Assembly (NCBI RefSeq): GCF_025526975.1 | Contig: NW_026515675.1 | Coordinates: 62,001 to 126,000 of the forward strand | Source: Fimicolochytrium jonesii | Taxonomy: Eukaryota | Reading direction: 5' to 3' | Length of the DNA: 64,000 nucleotides | Shown: positions 40,207-54,902 of the stretch, in pieces | How positions within the stretch are numbered: position 1 is the stretch's first letter | Layout: each line of letters begins with the position of its first letter | Notes under the pieces: generated by a model | Database searches by the model: none | What the model was told of the DNA's origin: nothing | The model's input: only the letters and a program-made list of their open reading frames with translations | Translations under genes and position numbers: made by a program

Positions 40207-41630
40207 TTTGTGGAATGTGTGTGCGGCGATGCGAGTAGTGAGGAAAGGATGTGATGAAGGTTTGCTGATTGCTGATTGGAGAAGGAATGAAGCGCCCCGA
40301 GAGTGTCCCGTCTTTTTATATGAGGACGCTAAGGGCGCCCGGGATCGGATTCCTCGGATTGCGTTCATGGCGAGGCTGCGAGGACCTGGAATGGCGCGAA
40401 AGCAAGAGCGATGACGTGATGGCGAGGAGTGGATACGAACGAACGCTTGTCTCACAACGAATAAGGCGATTTATTGGGGGTACCATCACGATGCCCCGCC
40501 CCTTTTATCGATTCCTCAAGTTTGCCGTTCAGCCGCTTGCCAGTGGCATGCATATTATTGACGGGTTGAGCACAAAACCACAAAACACTACTGGGAGTTT
40601 TCCCGCAGGGCTTGTGACGTATGTTTGAGTTCAAGTGACGGGCCCTGTCATAATCTCTCAATAACGCGCCTTCGGATATCCTCCCTTTCGAAATTGTCAT
40701 GCCTGGAAAGGGACCAAACCCTTCATAAAAGAGGAGGTTACGGGTTGGCTTCCAATTTCTGCAACTCCGCACTGTTACGCTGGGTGGGGGTGATACTTGG
40801 GACGAGATGAAGCGTCGTCTTGCGCAGACATATACTGTACATGTTTTATCGACAAAACTGCGGAAGTTGATTGAGTGTTTGATTGCAAGATTGAGCATGG
40901 TCTATGAAGGGACGATGAAGTTATGTACACAGATGGGGGGACCCAAATACAAAAACTCGACCAAGTTATGATTTTCAGTCGGTGATCGGCTCACACCGTT
41001 CCAATCGACGACATTAGAACCACAGTATGCATGGGCCATCGAGCCCGTAGCGCTTCCAACTATGGCGCCGCATTCCCTAAGCAGTAGGTCCGCTGTGCTC
41101 GACGTCGGTGGCCTCAACAGATTTCCGCATCAAACTCATCAGGCGCTGCGTCGCATTGTCTAGCATTGCAAAATGATGTCGAGGAAACGGTAGCAAAACC
41201 AACGAACGTGCTAAGGGTAGATGAGGGCGGCCGGCTGTCGCCCCTGTATCAGCCGATGTGCCCAAAAAGAAGTGCACGTTGAAGTGAAATCCCCTTTCGA
41301 CTACCCAAAGCGAACCGGGCCGCTTATTTAACGTGATCAGAGTACGGCGGTCGAGGGAAGAAGCTGGGCCGGGATCAAGCCGAGTGGTTGCAGATATAGA
41401 GGCCGCGATGCTGAAACTGGGCAAGTGTGATTGACCCTGGTTGCAGGCTGGAACGCGCGGGGGCAAAAGGAACGGGGGAGACGCCAAACCGGCTTGGGCC
41501 GGAAGACCTGGGAGAGCGACTCGGAAAACGGCTGTCGTTGCAATGTGACGTAGGATCGATTGCAAGCGGATATATAGAGTGGTGCGAAAGAGTGTGGCGA
41601 GAAGCGCTGATGCAAAGAGGGTAGTGCTTG

Positions 41631-43332
41631 TTATCCTTGCGAACCGGTAGGGCGCGAGAGAGGTTCTCGACTGTTCTTGACGCTGAACTTGCGCACGTGT
41701 ATTGGCACTCCTTGTTTGGCAAAGTGCTCTGAAATCGCCGTGGTGCTCAATAGACCAGGGAACCGCTTTGGCTGATAGACGGATATAACGTCGCTCAGTG
41801 CTGTGGCGAGGATCGGTGTAGATGGGCTACTTTCCACCGTTGCCCTGGTTGTAAAGAATTTGTAACACAGTTTAGCATTTCGATTATCGAACAGGGCCAG
41901 AACCGGGACCGGAAAACCTTAAACGAGGTAAGAATTGTCTCCCACTCACCCAGTAGCGGGAAACAGCTGTAATAAGCTGAATCGTATTCTATATTCGCCC
42001 GGCGTTCGAATCGATAAGTCGGAGAAGATCGCAAAGTACCCATGCTGACCGCTTAGATCCTGCAAAGGGAGGCATTGGCTGACGACGGAACCGACTAACG
42101 TTTGAATCATATCGCGTCGTTCTCTCCCGCTGGCTGAGGATTCTGGTGAGGACGGCGCCACTGGCTGCCAAGGGCTCACGCTTTCCGCGTCCGCGGTCAG
42201 AGACGTTTCAGACGGTCGCTTTAAACGAGTAATGGGATCTACCGTCGATGGAGACCGATTCCGGAGGATGTCTTGATCATGGTCTACGGCCGGTTTTAGG
42301 ATAGCAAGGTTGGGAGGAGGGACTGAATCGGCTGCTTGTGATGGTTCTGGCGTACTTGACGACCCATCATGCCAATTGTCCGGATTCTCGTGGTCGTCCA
42401 TCATGTCAGCGCCGTCCTCGCCGTCCCTTGCTGATATGCCTGCCTCGTCGTCGCCTGTCCCATGACCGGTCCGCGATACATAGTAGTATGGACTGACGAC
42501 CACATTCCGGTCTTCTCGACCGTTCGCGCTCCATAGCGATGCATGGACAACGAGCCGTGAAGCTTCATCCGCACTGTCCAACACAGCGGAAGATAAATAA
42601 TTATTATAGGTTCGAATACATGCAACTACCGGCGGTGTGCATGATAGCCAAGAAGAGTGAAGACTCGCGTGTCAGAGGTAAGACAATAAAGGAAACAAAC
42701 CTGATGGGTTGCATTCCGGCGGCATCGAAGGCGGTGACTTGTAGGATCGCTGGCTATTTCGAGAGTTAGACACACTTCACACATACAGACCGATAACCGC
42801 CGGTAACAGTGGGGCACGCTAGAATAGTAGGATGGTGAACTTACTGGATCTACCGGTCTCCTATCTGGGGAACAAGGATTTAATGATTTCCCCTCAAAAG
42901 CGACAGTACAAATTGGCAGCACCAAAGCAAAAAAGTTTGCGATTTGACATACCGGAATTTCCGAATCCAGACATGCGCGCTCTTGAGGGTTGCTGTAGGA
43001 TCTGTAGGGCGTACGATTGTCTGGAAGGAACAATGAAGGCAGTAGGAGCCAGAGTCAGCCAGCCATGCAAGGTCATCATCAAAGGTTTGTGGGTGGGTGG
43101 GGGGGGGGGGGGGGGGGGTTGGGTGTTGGGTTTTGGGAGCGGGGGGGCGGCGTGAGTGTTTTTTCTCGGGGGCCTCATTGACGGCGGTGGGTGGCAGCGA
43201 AAGCGACGCGATCACGAACTCCGAATCCAGCGCGGTGGGAACTCGCAGCGGGGGGGCCTCGCGTGGCTGGCTCGATCGCTCGATGGGAGACCGCGCAAAA
43301 GCGTGTGAGCCACCCTCGAGACGTCTCGCCAT
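41631..43332 (-). CDS. Velvet-domain transcription factor, multi-exon (start uncertain)
   Basis: YALQILQQPSRARMSGFG, DRRPVD, LVGSVVS, GYFAIFSDLSIRTPGEYRIRFSL, SDVISVY..KRFPG...T..S..FAKQG. Confidence 0.88.
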
Positions 43333-46252
43333 ACGCAAAACACACACACAAACACACACACATGAACGGCCCCTGGATGCATCATCCATGCTTTCCGCAG
43401 ACACCCATCCCAGATTCTAAAGTCACACACACCACTACTAGCAGTGGATGGAGACACAGGGAGGCACATGGTGGTGGTGCCACTGCCCTCCCCCGTACCC
43501 ACTACGACTGTCTGTTGCGAACTCACCTCGGTGGAGTAGTGCCGCTCGGTGTCTGCGGCAAGCCACGATGGGAATTTTGCTGGGACGGACCTGGCTGTTG
43601 ATGATGGATGAGCCCTTCCTGCTGTGGCGGAACCGGTGTTCTTGAAGTGCCAGAGGAGTTGTTATAAGGACCCATAGTTGCTCAAATCCAACAGGGCAGG
43701 TTGCCCTCCAGCTGTCGAATCGAGCAAATAAAAGCGGTGGACGGAACTTGAAATCCGCTCGCTCACAAAGCGTCAGGGCCTCGGAGGGTCTGCTCCGATC
43801 AAAGAGGCGAGACCACCTTACGCTGCTGCTGCCGTACAGTACAGTACAGTACGGTACGGTTTCACGTCGCCTGCGCGGCTTTTTCTTCCTGACAACCGTG
43901 GCCGACCTCTGGGCCTGACGCAAGTGCCGATGGAAAACGCCGATGTGGCAGGCCCCGCAGTCGGTTGGGGGACAGTCGGTGGGGGACAGCAGACCGGTAA
44001 ACGTTCGCGAGTCGTATGTGTGTGTTTTATATGCCAGTGGCTGTCTATTTTCAACTGGCCCGGAGGAGAAAAAATGGGCGGGAAGGCGTGCGCAACCGAT
44101 TTGGATTCTGGATAGCGGTGACGACGTGTGACAGGGGTTCGGCACGGTTGGCGTTGCTGGGAGACACTGGACGTTGCTGGAAGTTGCGGCGTCGCTTGGT
44201 TCAAGCTACCTGTAATGTATTGGTCGGTACTGCCACGGCGAGGATTTCGGGATTTCGGTCGAAGAGGATATGGAAGCGATCCTATTCCAGCGAATTGAAG
44301 GGCAAGTAAATATCGTCGTAATGTACAGACCGCTGGTACGGCGGGAATGAGATCGAGCACGAGGAAGGAAGGAAGGACGGGAGGACCGTAATGAATGGTG
44401 AGCCGGCGTGCGATCAGGGCCTGAGGAGGGGAAGGACGACCAAGGAGGCTTCACAGTCGTTGCCGCAGTTAAATCTCCACCGGGCAGCCGGCTTCGACTC
44501 CATTTAGTATGTCGCCAACGCAGCAACAAGCCCGCCGGGGTGTGAGATATGGACTCTGATTGAACGGTGACGAACAAAGGCAAGCCGCTAAAGGCCTAGA
44601 ACCGGCCGAAGTTTAAAGCCCCTCCCCTCCGGTATATATATGAAAATCGTCTCCCAGACGCGATCGGGCGCTGAAGCCCCCTTTGCAACTCTTCTGAATC
44701 TTCGCAACAGACAACAAAACCCCAAATGCCCCCTTCACGTCCATCGACATGAACGGGGCGGCCCTTCGATATGCATGCACGCAGCACATGCTCCGCAGTT
44801 GTCCTCGCGCGTCACCAGTAATCCATCACTCACTTACCTACGGTAATCGCTGAACCCTGATCGCTCGGGAGTTGGGATTCTGCTTTTGTAGCCCGCAAGC
44901 TTGTAAGTTCGCAATGTTACGAGAACCAGGGTAGTAGTGTGACTAGCGACAAAGTGCTCAGGGACTTGGTCATGTCAGTGTTTTTCTGGAATTCCACCGA
45001 AGCAGAACCCTTGATTGTATACCTGAAGTTTGATGGCTTTTAGGAACCGAAAGTTACCGAACGCACTGAACTCTCCGAGCGGGAGTAGGAATGTTTTGGC
45101 CATCAGCTGGAACTGGGAAAGCCATGCAGGGTCCGGTTTTTATTGTGGTTCAGTCTCCCAATCGAAGGCTTCGGAAATTGGGAGAGGGGAGATCATCGTC
45201 TGACAGTTTTAAACGCTGGGGTTGGATCCTGGACCTTCAGTCAGTTCGCAAAAAGCTGTGGACCCCCCTGAAATAAATCAGCGACTGCCGTAACGCCAAA
45301 TTCACATGAATGACCGACATTGATTTCAATTGGAGGGGGCGCACAGCTTTTTGCTAACTGACTGTCCTTCCCGTTCAAGCCACCTATAGTATAAATCAAA
45401 GAGGATCCAAGGCTTATCCCTAAACCGGCGGATGGCCTCCGAAAGCGGTCCGATTTGTGGCCCTGACTCATCATGTGGCTTTTCACCATATACTCACAGG
45501 CTGTTCGGGATCTGGACAAGTACTACATGGTCCAAATCTCATGATATCTGCCGCGAAATCAGCTCACTCCAGATCCAGCTCCTTTGTACAGTACAGTATA
45601 TAGTACTAGGTATGTACAGTATGTATACGCTCGCTCAGACATGTATAACTATCGATATCGGAGCACGAGAGCCATGTCGACTGACACATGCATTTTATTA
45701 GCCCCGTCGGATCACACAAGTCACACGTCGAGACTCGAGACGTGTCCGCGGATTTCGTCCCCTCCTTTGTGATGAACACGCACGGCTGGCCTGTTTGCCC
45801 TCATGGACCCTTCTTGGACTTGTTCAGCTTTGTCTCCCGATGAATACATGTGCGTAATACAGTAAGCGTGAAACAAGAGGAATGGTTTGAACAATGTCAC
45901 GACGCCTCCGCGGAACGAAGCCGCTTCGCAACGCTTCGCGAGAAGGATATCAAAATTCAGGCTAGTAGACAAAACGTGCAGCCGGCTTCAGGTTGAGGTC
46001 GGTACGGCGGAAAAGGGGTTGGGTGATAGTCGTCCACGATGATACAGCTTTGCACCCAATGGGTGGCTGCTCCAAGCCGAAGTCTCAATATGCTCTCGAA
46101 AGTCCCACACTTGTTCAGCGGCATCACGGCACCAATTTCGAGTGACTTCCCGGAGATTCTCGAGCTCCGAAAAAGAGAGGCACATGCAAAGCAAAATGAA
46201 CAGCACATGGACAGGACAATAATGGTTTATCTATGCAATGCAGCAAAAAAGA

Positions 46253-47350
46253 TTACACAAGGGCTGAAAGAAGGAGAAGAGCTTAGTTCAAGATCCCAGG
46301 TCAATCGACGCACAAACCAAAGAGCATACCTTCGTATGGGACAGGGGTGATGGTGGTGGGGGCGTTGTTCTTGGTGGAGACGTGGTGGGCCTTGACGGGT
46401 CCGACGGGTTGACGCTTTAAGTTGAAAGAGACTGATTGAAAGACAATAGCCATCAATGTCTCATACTTCAACTGCACTCGTCGCATCTTTCGTCGATTGA
46501 GATTACTTACCACCCTTCTCTTTCGCCTCCTTCTTAGCAGCAGCGTTAGCCTTGACTCGGCGCAAAAAGTCCAATCGGCAGTTGCTGTGCTTGATGTGCT
46601 CCACACGAATGTTCACACGCTTCTCAATGTACCGGTTGCCCACTTGCTTGTGAACAATGATACCGACCGAAGACTTGGTCACGTTGTAGATGATACCGGT
46701 CTTTCTGGAAGGGTTGTGTTTCGTGTCAGCGACATCCATGCCTCCGTAGAACTTCCTCCCACGCTTCTATGCAGCTATCAATTGTCGACCCCGCTGCCAA
46801 GCTTCACTTGTTGACTCCCGACTGGCTAACTACTGCAATCGCCCACGTTTCGTTCCTTGCACAGGCTTTGCTAACTGTTGCATGCAAGCTACTCCCCCAT
46901 ATGTTCCCACCACAATCTTTCGGCATATCGCATCCCATTATTGCCCCTCTCCCCACTCCACATCATCTCAGCCCACCTCCCAACTTCCCCCTCGTCTGCT
47001 TCCACCAACTCGCACGCTCGAAGCTACCATGACACGCACCCGTGGTAGAACTTGTGGGGCATACCCTTGTGGACAGCACCGTTGGCCTTAATGTCCACAA
47101 TGTCTCCAACCTTGTAGCTCTTAAGGTAAGTGGAGAGGGGAATGGAACCCTTCTCACGGAAGTTCCGGGAGAAAAGGTGCCTGGTGCGAGCCCTGAGACC
47201 TATTGGGAAGAAAGAAGTTTAGAAACTTGGACCGTATATCGTTACTCTTCGGAACGCCGAAATTGAACGGGCATAGGTTCTCCCCGCAAATCCAAAATTC
47301 GAACGGGCAGGCGTTCTCCCTCCATCTGACGTACCGAAGGAGTGAGGCAT
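46253..47350 (-). CDS. RPL21: 60S ribosomal protein L21 (eL21), 5 exons
   Basis: [48 protein letters not shown]. Confidence 0.97.
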
Positions 47351-47456
47351 GGCGAAATTAGTATGTGGTGGGAGGTCGAACCAAGCGAATGTTGGTTGTT
47401 GGCCGCGTGAGGAAGAAGCCTTTCCTCACCAACTTGCAAAAAAAGGCATCCGACAG

Positions 47457-47466
47457 TCACGTGACG
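47457..47466. promoter_or_regulatory. Palindromic GTCACGTGAC (Cbf1-type bHLH site) upstream of RPL21
   Basis: Perfect 10-bp palindrome ~110 bp before the ATG. Confidence 0.45.
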
Positions 47467-47572
47467 CGCCGTTGTATGGAGACGACAGTCAAAGATGTCA
47501 AGATGATAAATGGAATGAAAATGGATATATGGGACAGAATTTCCATTTAGGGCTTGGAGGGATGCAGGATGA

Positions 47573-50500
47573 CTACGTAAAATCAAGTCCATCATTCTCC
47601 GCCTTGTCCTGTTCTTCGTGCTCCTTCCGTTGGCGCTCGTCTGACCCCGAAGAGGGGTATTCTGACGCGAGGGCGCGGTCCGTATTCGATGGAGCGCTCT
47701 CAGCTGCTTCTGGTGGCTGGCCAGATACCTGATGCGAATCATTTGACACAAGTGTGATCGCTGCTATTGAGGACGATGTGTCCCCAACAGGCATGCCAGG
47801 CTTGGCCACAGATTCGTCGGGCTGTAAGAGATCGTTGTTGCTGACAATCCAGCCACCTTCGCCTCTCATGGTTGGTCCATCTCCATCAGCGTCGCCGATA
47901 TCCAGTGGCGCGTCTGGGATGCCCAAATCTGGTAACGCCTCGGCATCCACACCACCTGACTCGATTAAGCCGCTAGCTAACGCTCCGGCGTCATCTCCAG
48001 CGTCTGTGTTGATGGTCGAAAAGGTCTTTCCGATGCCATGTTCGGGTATCAGTGCAATGGATTCTTGTGCTTGCAAAGCCTCCATGCTGCCGGTAAGGGA
48101 TGTGCGACTCGCGCGGGCACTTAGGGCTTCCCCTTCCGTCATGATCCCGAACGTCATTCCGGTGCGGATGAGTAGCGCGTGCAGTACGAGCCTGATGTCA
48201 GGAGTCACGTCTTGGCCGAGAAGATTGACCACCTCGCCGTAGAAATGTGGCATCTGGAGACGGAACTGATCGTTATCGAAATCAATGAGAGCGTTGAGTA
48301 TCGTCACGACTACCGGCCGCCATGCATTGACATTCCGCCGCTTGGATTCGGGATCCAATGAGTTGTAATGTGTAAGAATGTCGTGACATAATCTGAACAG
48401 GCAATACAACATGTAAGCCTCTTTCCATTGCCCTGCGCAGATTTCTACACCAAGACAGCAAATCACTTACGGCACTAATCTCTTCGCGATCTCCGGCCTC
48501 ATGCCTGTCCTTTCATCGCTTGGATCTAGGTACATCTTGATCAGCACGCCCACATAAGTCGACACGCTGCTCGTCTCTTGTTTCAGCAAATTCGGTAGCT
48601 GTTTCATGAAACCCATGCGATATAACGCCATCCGTAGTTCCATGTCGCCGTTGAAAGCGCGGGCGAAGCGGTAACTTCGCTCGAGACAGTCTAGTAACGT
48701 GAAGAGGTTTTTGGAGTTCAAGCTGCGATATACGGCGTCGTCAGACCCTGACGCAAGCACTTCCTGCAGAGTTTGAATGACGAGAAGATGAAGCACGCAT
48801 TTGACGATGATTTGCTGAAACTCCTTCTTCTGAGGTCTTGGGCGTTTCGGACGGGTCTCAATGGACAGACCCTTCTCTTCTCCAAGTGGCATAATAGTTG
48901 GTGGTTGAATGGCTGAAGCTGGCGCTGGGATATCTCCACTCTCATTGGGGTCGAAGAACAGAGCATTCGGTGTTGTCACATCGAAAAGATGGACGAACAT
49001 GGTGGAAATCTTCTCCCATATATCGCCATCCAATTTGGACACGTTGCCCTCGATAAATTGCTGAAGACAGGTACTTCCGATTCTCGCAAGCGTCTCGTTC
49101 TCTTGCGTCATGCAGACTGTCAGGAGCTCCAAGACTCCATCGATCTGAAAGCTCAGTGTATCGAAATAATGACCAAACAAGTCGATGAACTGCCGTAGTG
49201 CTTGGATGAGCGTGGTAGAGAGCCAGACAGACATGTCTTCCTTGTTGGCGAACTTCGTGTGCTCCTGCCTGGATAGGCGCAAGTCGTCGAATATAGGGAA
49301 GAGAACCCCTTTGGAAATGACCTCCCAAAAGTCGCGTGAAAATGATGCACCGTATTGTTTCAAAGTATCGAAAAGGTAATTCAAAGCCCTGCATTGCGCA
49401 TTTTGAATCAACCGTCCTGCTCCTTCGTAGCTCTCAACTCATAGCGGAGAACGTACCTGGTTCGAACCTCCAAGTCGCAAGTCATGATAACCTCGTATAG
49501 CCCAAACAAGATCGGGAACCAAAATCTGAAGCTGGGGTCGTCTTCCGGGCCTAGCCCACCAGCTGCCGTGGCAGCAGGTACAGCCAACTTCGCTTGGCCA
49601 GTCGCCACAGCAGCAGGTGTAGCAGCAGATGTCGGCGTGGAAGCCAAGAGTCCCTGATGTACCGACTCTGTCAGGTTCTCGTTCGACCGCATCACATTCA
49701 TAGTGCTAGCAGCGGTGATGAGAAGCTTCGACCCTTGTTGCGTCTTGGAGAGCTCGTAGATGCGAGGGATGGATTGCTTGAGAATCTCGACGGATTGGAG
49801 GCTGGTTCGCGCGAATTTGCGGTTCTTGCATAGTTCCACCAGGCAGGATACAGCATCTGGGAAAGTTTGATTGACGACGACACTTTCAAAATTTGTCTTG
49901 AAGATTCCCTTTACGATGTCGAAGGCGAGCAGAACGATGGGTTCTGAGTTGATGGTAGCGTCAGCAGTCAAGCCATTGTGATGATCGTGCGCGAAACGTA
50001 TAAGATCTTACCGTGGGTCTCCCTGGCGGCCCGAATGAACGCGCCAAACATAGCTTTCCAACCACTCTTGATGCTTTTGCTTTTCGCCTGGATCATTTGT
50101 TGCAAACACGCCAACACCATGTCCTTGATCTTCACATCGCTGTTATTCCCTAGTACATGCTCAAAAGGTCGTAGGAAGTCCTTTTGGAACTTGAAATTGG
50201 GTAGCTCCTCCAATTCCAAGAATTTCATGGCCAGCTGGCGCAATTTGTCCAAGGCAAAATATCCCACGTTGCTGTTGGGATGGCATCCGACCTGATTGAA
50301 GTGATCTCCAAGGATGGCCCAGATGTTGGACCACTCGACACGAATACGCTTCATGTTATAGTAGGAGATTTCGACGAGCCGCTGAAGGCAGTACATACGT
50401 GGATGCTCGCGATCGGAAGAGAACGTAATTTCGTCCCATGAGACCTCGCATAAGGCTTTCACGAACGCTACAATGGCGGAACCGGAGAGCTTCACGCTTC

Positions 50501-53500
50501 CCGTGAAGATTCGATCAACTACGACAGTCATGCTCTGCGAACTAGCTTCGGCCGCAGCTTCCTGGAGGTATCCAGTACGCGTGAGTCCATGCGACGACTC
50601 GCGTCGTTGAAGTCTGTCGGTCGACGCGCGTGGTCTTGACCCGTCTTGTTCGTTCTCTCCTGCGACTTGGAGCTTTTCCAATTGACTCACACAAAGCACC
50701 ACGTCCTTCCAGTTTTCCCCTAAATGGTTTCCTTCGGTGAACGCGATGTCCAGTAAGCACTTGGTTGCCTCCAGATTCTTCGCTTTCATCTCCTGCATGT
50801 TGCCCAGCATGGTGAATTTGCTCAGTGTGGAGATGAATGCTTTCTTTTCCAGGTCCATATCGAACAGACAGGCGATGCGCGTAGCGTGCTTGAACCCCTC
50901 CAATGCGACGAGAATGGTCTCGACATCCTCGCTCTCCTGTAATGGTCCACTGATGCCGGTGAGAATGCTCATCCAGATGATTTGGAACATTCCCTTTACG
51001 TGCTCATAGTGTCTTGCAACGTAGAATTCGCCCGAGGCCGTGCTTTCCTTATTCGACGCAATGAGAGTGCTGCGCTTGCTCTTCCCTTTCAGCATGGTAT
51101 TGAACATAGCTTCCGTTTTCAAAGCCATTGTTTCGCTCGCCAACGCGAATTGCGCGACTTCACGCTTGGCACCTGCGGCGCCAGCACCGGAGGCCGAGTT
51201 TGGTCCGCCAGGACTAACAAGACCGGCGGCCGATTGTTCATCCTTCATCACAATTTCGTTCTTGTTGATCTCATCGTAGATGGCTTCAAGAACTTCCGGT
51301 GGGATGTCTTGACCATTGTCAATGGCGCGGTTGTTCTTGATGAACTCCGGCTTCGTCATGCGCTTTTTTACTTGCGCATTGTGTTGATCGGTGTTGAGCA
51401 TAATCACGGAGTAAGCTAATACATAGGCTGTGTCAGCACTACTAAAACTTTGAGGGTTGCCTTTAACGTAACGCTCCGCGTATTTCAACATGAATCGATC
51501 GATCTTCTGGGCTTCTCCAGGCAATCGGAACGATTGTAGAAAGAGTCGCAAGGCGTCGGTGAATGTGAGGCCTGTGAAATCCATCTCATCAACAAAAGCA
51601 TGCATGATCGCGATATTCTCCTCTTCGCCTTCGCCCAAGAATTCTCCAATCATCGACTTGTTGAGTCCGTCGTTCGTGAGCAAGAATCGAGCGATATCGC
51701 GCGGCGTTCGAGAAGCGATGCAACCAGAATTCAGAAGGTACTGCATGCCCTTTTTGGGTTTGAAGTTGAATTGCTTGATGCCTTCACTCAACACCTGTTT
51801 CCGCTGTTTGAGGTTCTCGAACGCGGTCGGATCGTCGGCGGTTCGCTTCACCGCTGAAGCCTTCTTCCCATCCTCCTCGGTTAGCAGACCCAGTTTCCCT
51901 GATGTGTCCCCTTCCTCGCTTTTACGAGCCTTCTCCTCGTCTAGCGCCTGGGCCGCCACAGGACTTCTTGTACTGCACCAGGCAATCAGAGGTCGCAGCA
52001 CGCCTCTGACCATCAGCTCCAGCCCGCGCTTCTTCAACTCCATGTAATCGCCGGTAGAAGAATAGAGCTCGCGCACTTGGTCTTTCGTGAAACTGGTCAT
52101 ATTCGCGGTGGTGATTGCGGGTGGACCTCCAAGGCCGATTTTTTGCGTCTGCTGCGCTGCTTGCGCGGTGGGTGTGGCACTCGGCTCGTAGTGTTGCGTC
52201 ATCACTTTCGCCAATGCGTTTATCAGACGTTCCCAAATGTTTTCTCGGGCTCCTGCTTCGACATCGCAATCATAGTTGAGATAGATCTCGACGAGGATCC
52301 TCCCCCCATCTCCTTGTGGATCGGAAAGAATACGTTCCAGCGATTTCAGCAACGACATGCGCTGGTGAAAGGTTATAGACGACCGTGCTTCCACAATCGG
52401 GATCACGATCTCGGTGAATATGACGGAAAGCTCTTTCTACTCCCAGTTTACGATCAGCAAAAATAAGACTGGCGTCAGTGGGCAGAGCCGGTGGCTTACC
52501 TTCAATACAGTCCGCAATCCCGTTAAAACCTTCCCGAAAATCTCCAGCGAGATGTCGAACACTTGTGGAACCACGCTCACAGCATTGCGACTCAAACTCA
52601 AACATAAATACTGCTTCACAGCGTGGACGAAAAAGACCGCGCTAGGATCGCCTTTCGTTGCAGTGCCGGAGGAAAATAGAACTGGCGCAGGAATAGTAAA
52701 TATGTACATATGAGTGGAGAGGATTGTGAAGACGAGGTGGAGCGACAGGAGCTTGGACCGCATCGCATGAGATTTGAGATCAGTTGCCCTGATGAATGTG
52801 CCAGGTGAGCGGTATTGCAACGAAAGTGAAAAAGTGTCACTTCGAAAATTAGACCTACCCCTCTGGAGCTGGGATTGGCTTCATGCTCAACTTGCACAAA
52901 GCCCTGAAGACAAGATACGCGTCTTTCAAGTATTGGTCAGCCGGCGACCCTTTGACTTGCTTGGACGACTCGTTCAGAATGTCCTGAGATGCCCGAACTG
53001 CCGCGCCACGCGTTAGATCCTTCAAAGCCTGTGTTGCACCAGTCTGGTCACCATCGTAACTCCTGGTCATAAAATATTAATTTCAGCACATGACACCCGC
53101 AGTCATTCGGGAGACCGCCGCAACTCACATGCTATCAATGCTGCGCGAACCCTTCATATGCGGCTCTGACCGTGCTGACCGAGCATCGTCTACGCTTCCC
53201 TCCGTCGCTGGAAGTTTCGGCTCGGATTCTGACGTAGGTGTGCCTTTTCCTTCTCCAGCCATATTGGATATTTTGTTTCCATCCTCCGCAGGGTTTGACT
53301 GCGCGTCTTCAGGCACTGGGGTCCCTGGATTCGCCTCGATCTTGTGAACTTTCGGCACGCGACCAAAAACGGCCTGTACCATCTGAGTCAAAGTCGCTTG
53401 CGCGACAATCTGCGTGTTTGCAGATTTCGAAAGCAAAAAGATGTTGTACGTTGTGCGGACTGCTTTCAAGAGCACTCCGCCGTGGATGGCGGCGTTGGGA

Positions 53501-54288
53501 TCGGTAGCGGAGACTGCTGCCAATAAAGCCTGTAATCGAGAGGTCAGCCCTTCCGGATGTTTTGCGCATTGCGTGGGAAGTGCCACACCTTACCTTCACA
53601 ATCTGCAATTGGACTTTCTCGTCTGTATTCTCTCCACCACCAAACGTATCGCATATGGTATCTACCACCAATGCAACCATCCCGCCGCTCCCATCCGGCT
53701 CACTCTCCATGCTACTACGGTCATCATCCCCCGATAGCCGACCCGACTCCTTCATCGGCGGTTCCATATCCAGATCCGCCACGGATCCGCCAACGGCGGC
53801 GCCTCCCTCCAATATGACCTCATGCTTTCCCCAGTAGTTGTACGTGAAAAGCTTCCCAAGACAATCGATCGCAATAGTGGCGAGAACGGGTTGGCGGGTC
53901 CGACACGCGATTTGGAACGGGGAGAAGATGGTCTGTATTGATTGCGAGTCCATGATCGTGTGGGATTCCAGTGCCTCTGGAAGGTTTGAGAAGGTGCATC
54001 AGAGGATTTCCCCATACCCATAATCGTATAGATTCGCTTACCCAGCGCCGATTGTGAGGCATTTCTAAGAGGCGTCAACTTCTTGGCCTCCTTCGCGGCT
54101 TGCAACTGCTCCAAGGCCAGTTTGATAAATACATCACTGGACTGCGGTTGCCCCGTCGGTGGAGGTGTTCCAGAGGAGTAGGAAGGTCTAGGCGGGGCTG
54201 CGGCGGATGGCAGCGGTGGATTCGCGGGCTCCGGCGCGGCTTTGGAGGCATCTACCGGCTCAGACTTCCTGAAAAGATTGTTGAACAT
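47573..54288 (-). CDS. SEC7: Large Arf-GEF Sec7/BIG, multi-exon
   Basis: DCB; HUS box YLNYDCD; catalytic FRLPGEAQKIDRFM; YSVIMLNTDQH; HDS domains. Confidence 0.97.
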
Positions 54289-54902
54289 GGCGTTTTATGA
54301 AATGAAACGCTCCACCCGTAGCCCGGGAAGCCGAGCTGGGGCGAGTGACCACCGGAAACGTCGGGAAAGTCCAATTCGGCAAAACTCTGGAATTCACCGA
54401 TTTTCTCAGAGATATATGCCAAGGTTCCGTGGAAGAGCCAAGACCGGCGAAGTACATAAACGGGTTGACTTCGTCCCCAGAATAGCAGCAGTATGGCAGA
54501 GCGATGTGTGATTCCGGTACGGGATAACACGGTAACCTAGTTTGTGTGCTGGCGAAGATGCCCAATCGATGCTTTATATGCTTTGGGTACAGCGCGAGCA
54601 ATATGGTGGGCACGCCGGTGACGTTTAGACCTAACGTGGCAGAGAGGCGCGTCGGGAGGACACTGACTTAAACTCGATCGTCGGGGAGAGACGGCTTTCT
54701 GTCCCCTGACTGTACGTACTGTCAGTAACACTTGGCGCGACGCACTCAGGGCGGGTCGCGACAAGAATGATTTGGCCCGGAAGAGACGTACAAACCGTGC
54801 CCAACTTGGAAAACGACATCATATAAGCTATATGTAAAATACAAGGGGGAACAGAGGAAATTGTAAAGGATGTGTTGTGGGCTGAAACGGGGGTATATCT
54901 GT

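Noticed and set aside
43099..43118. G20 run as a phase-variable frameshift in the velvet gene
   Set aside because: Probably intronic (acceptor at ~43021), and homopolymer length is unreliable
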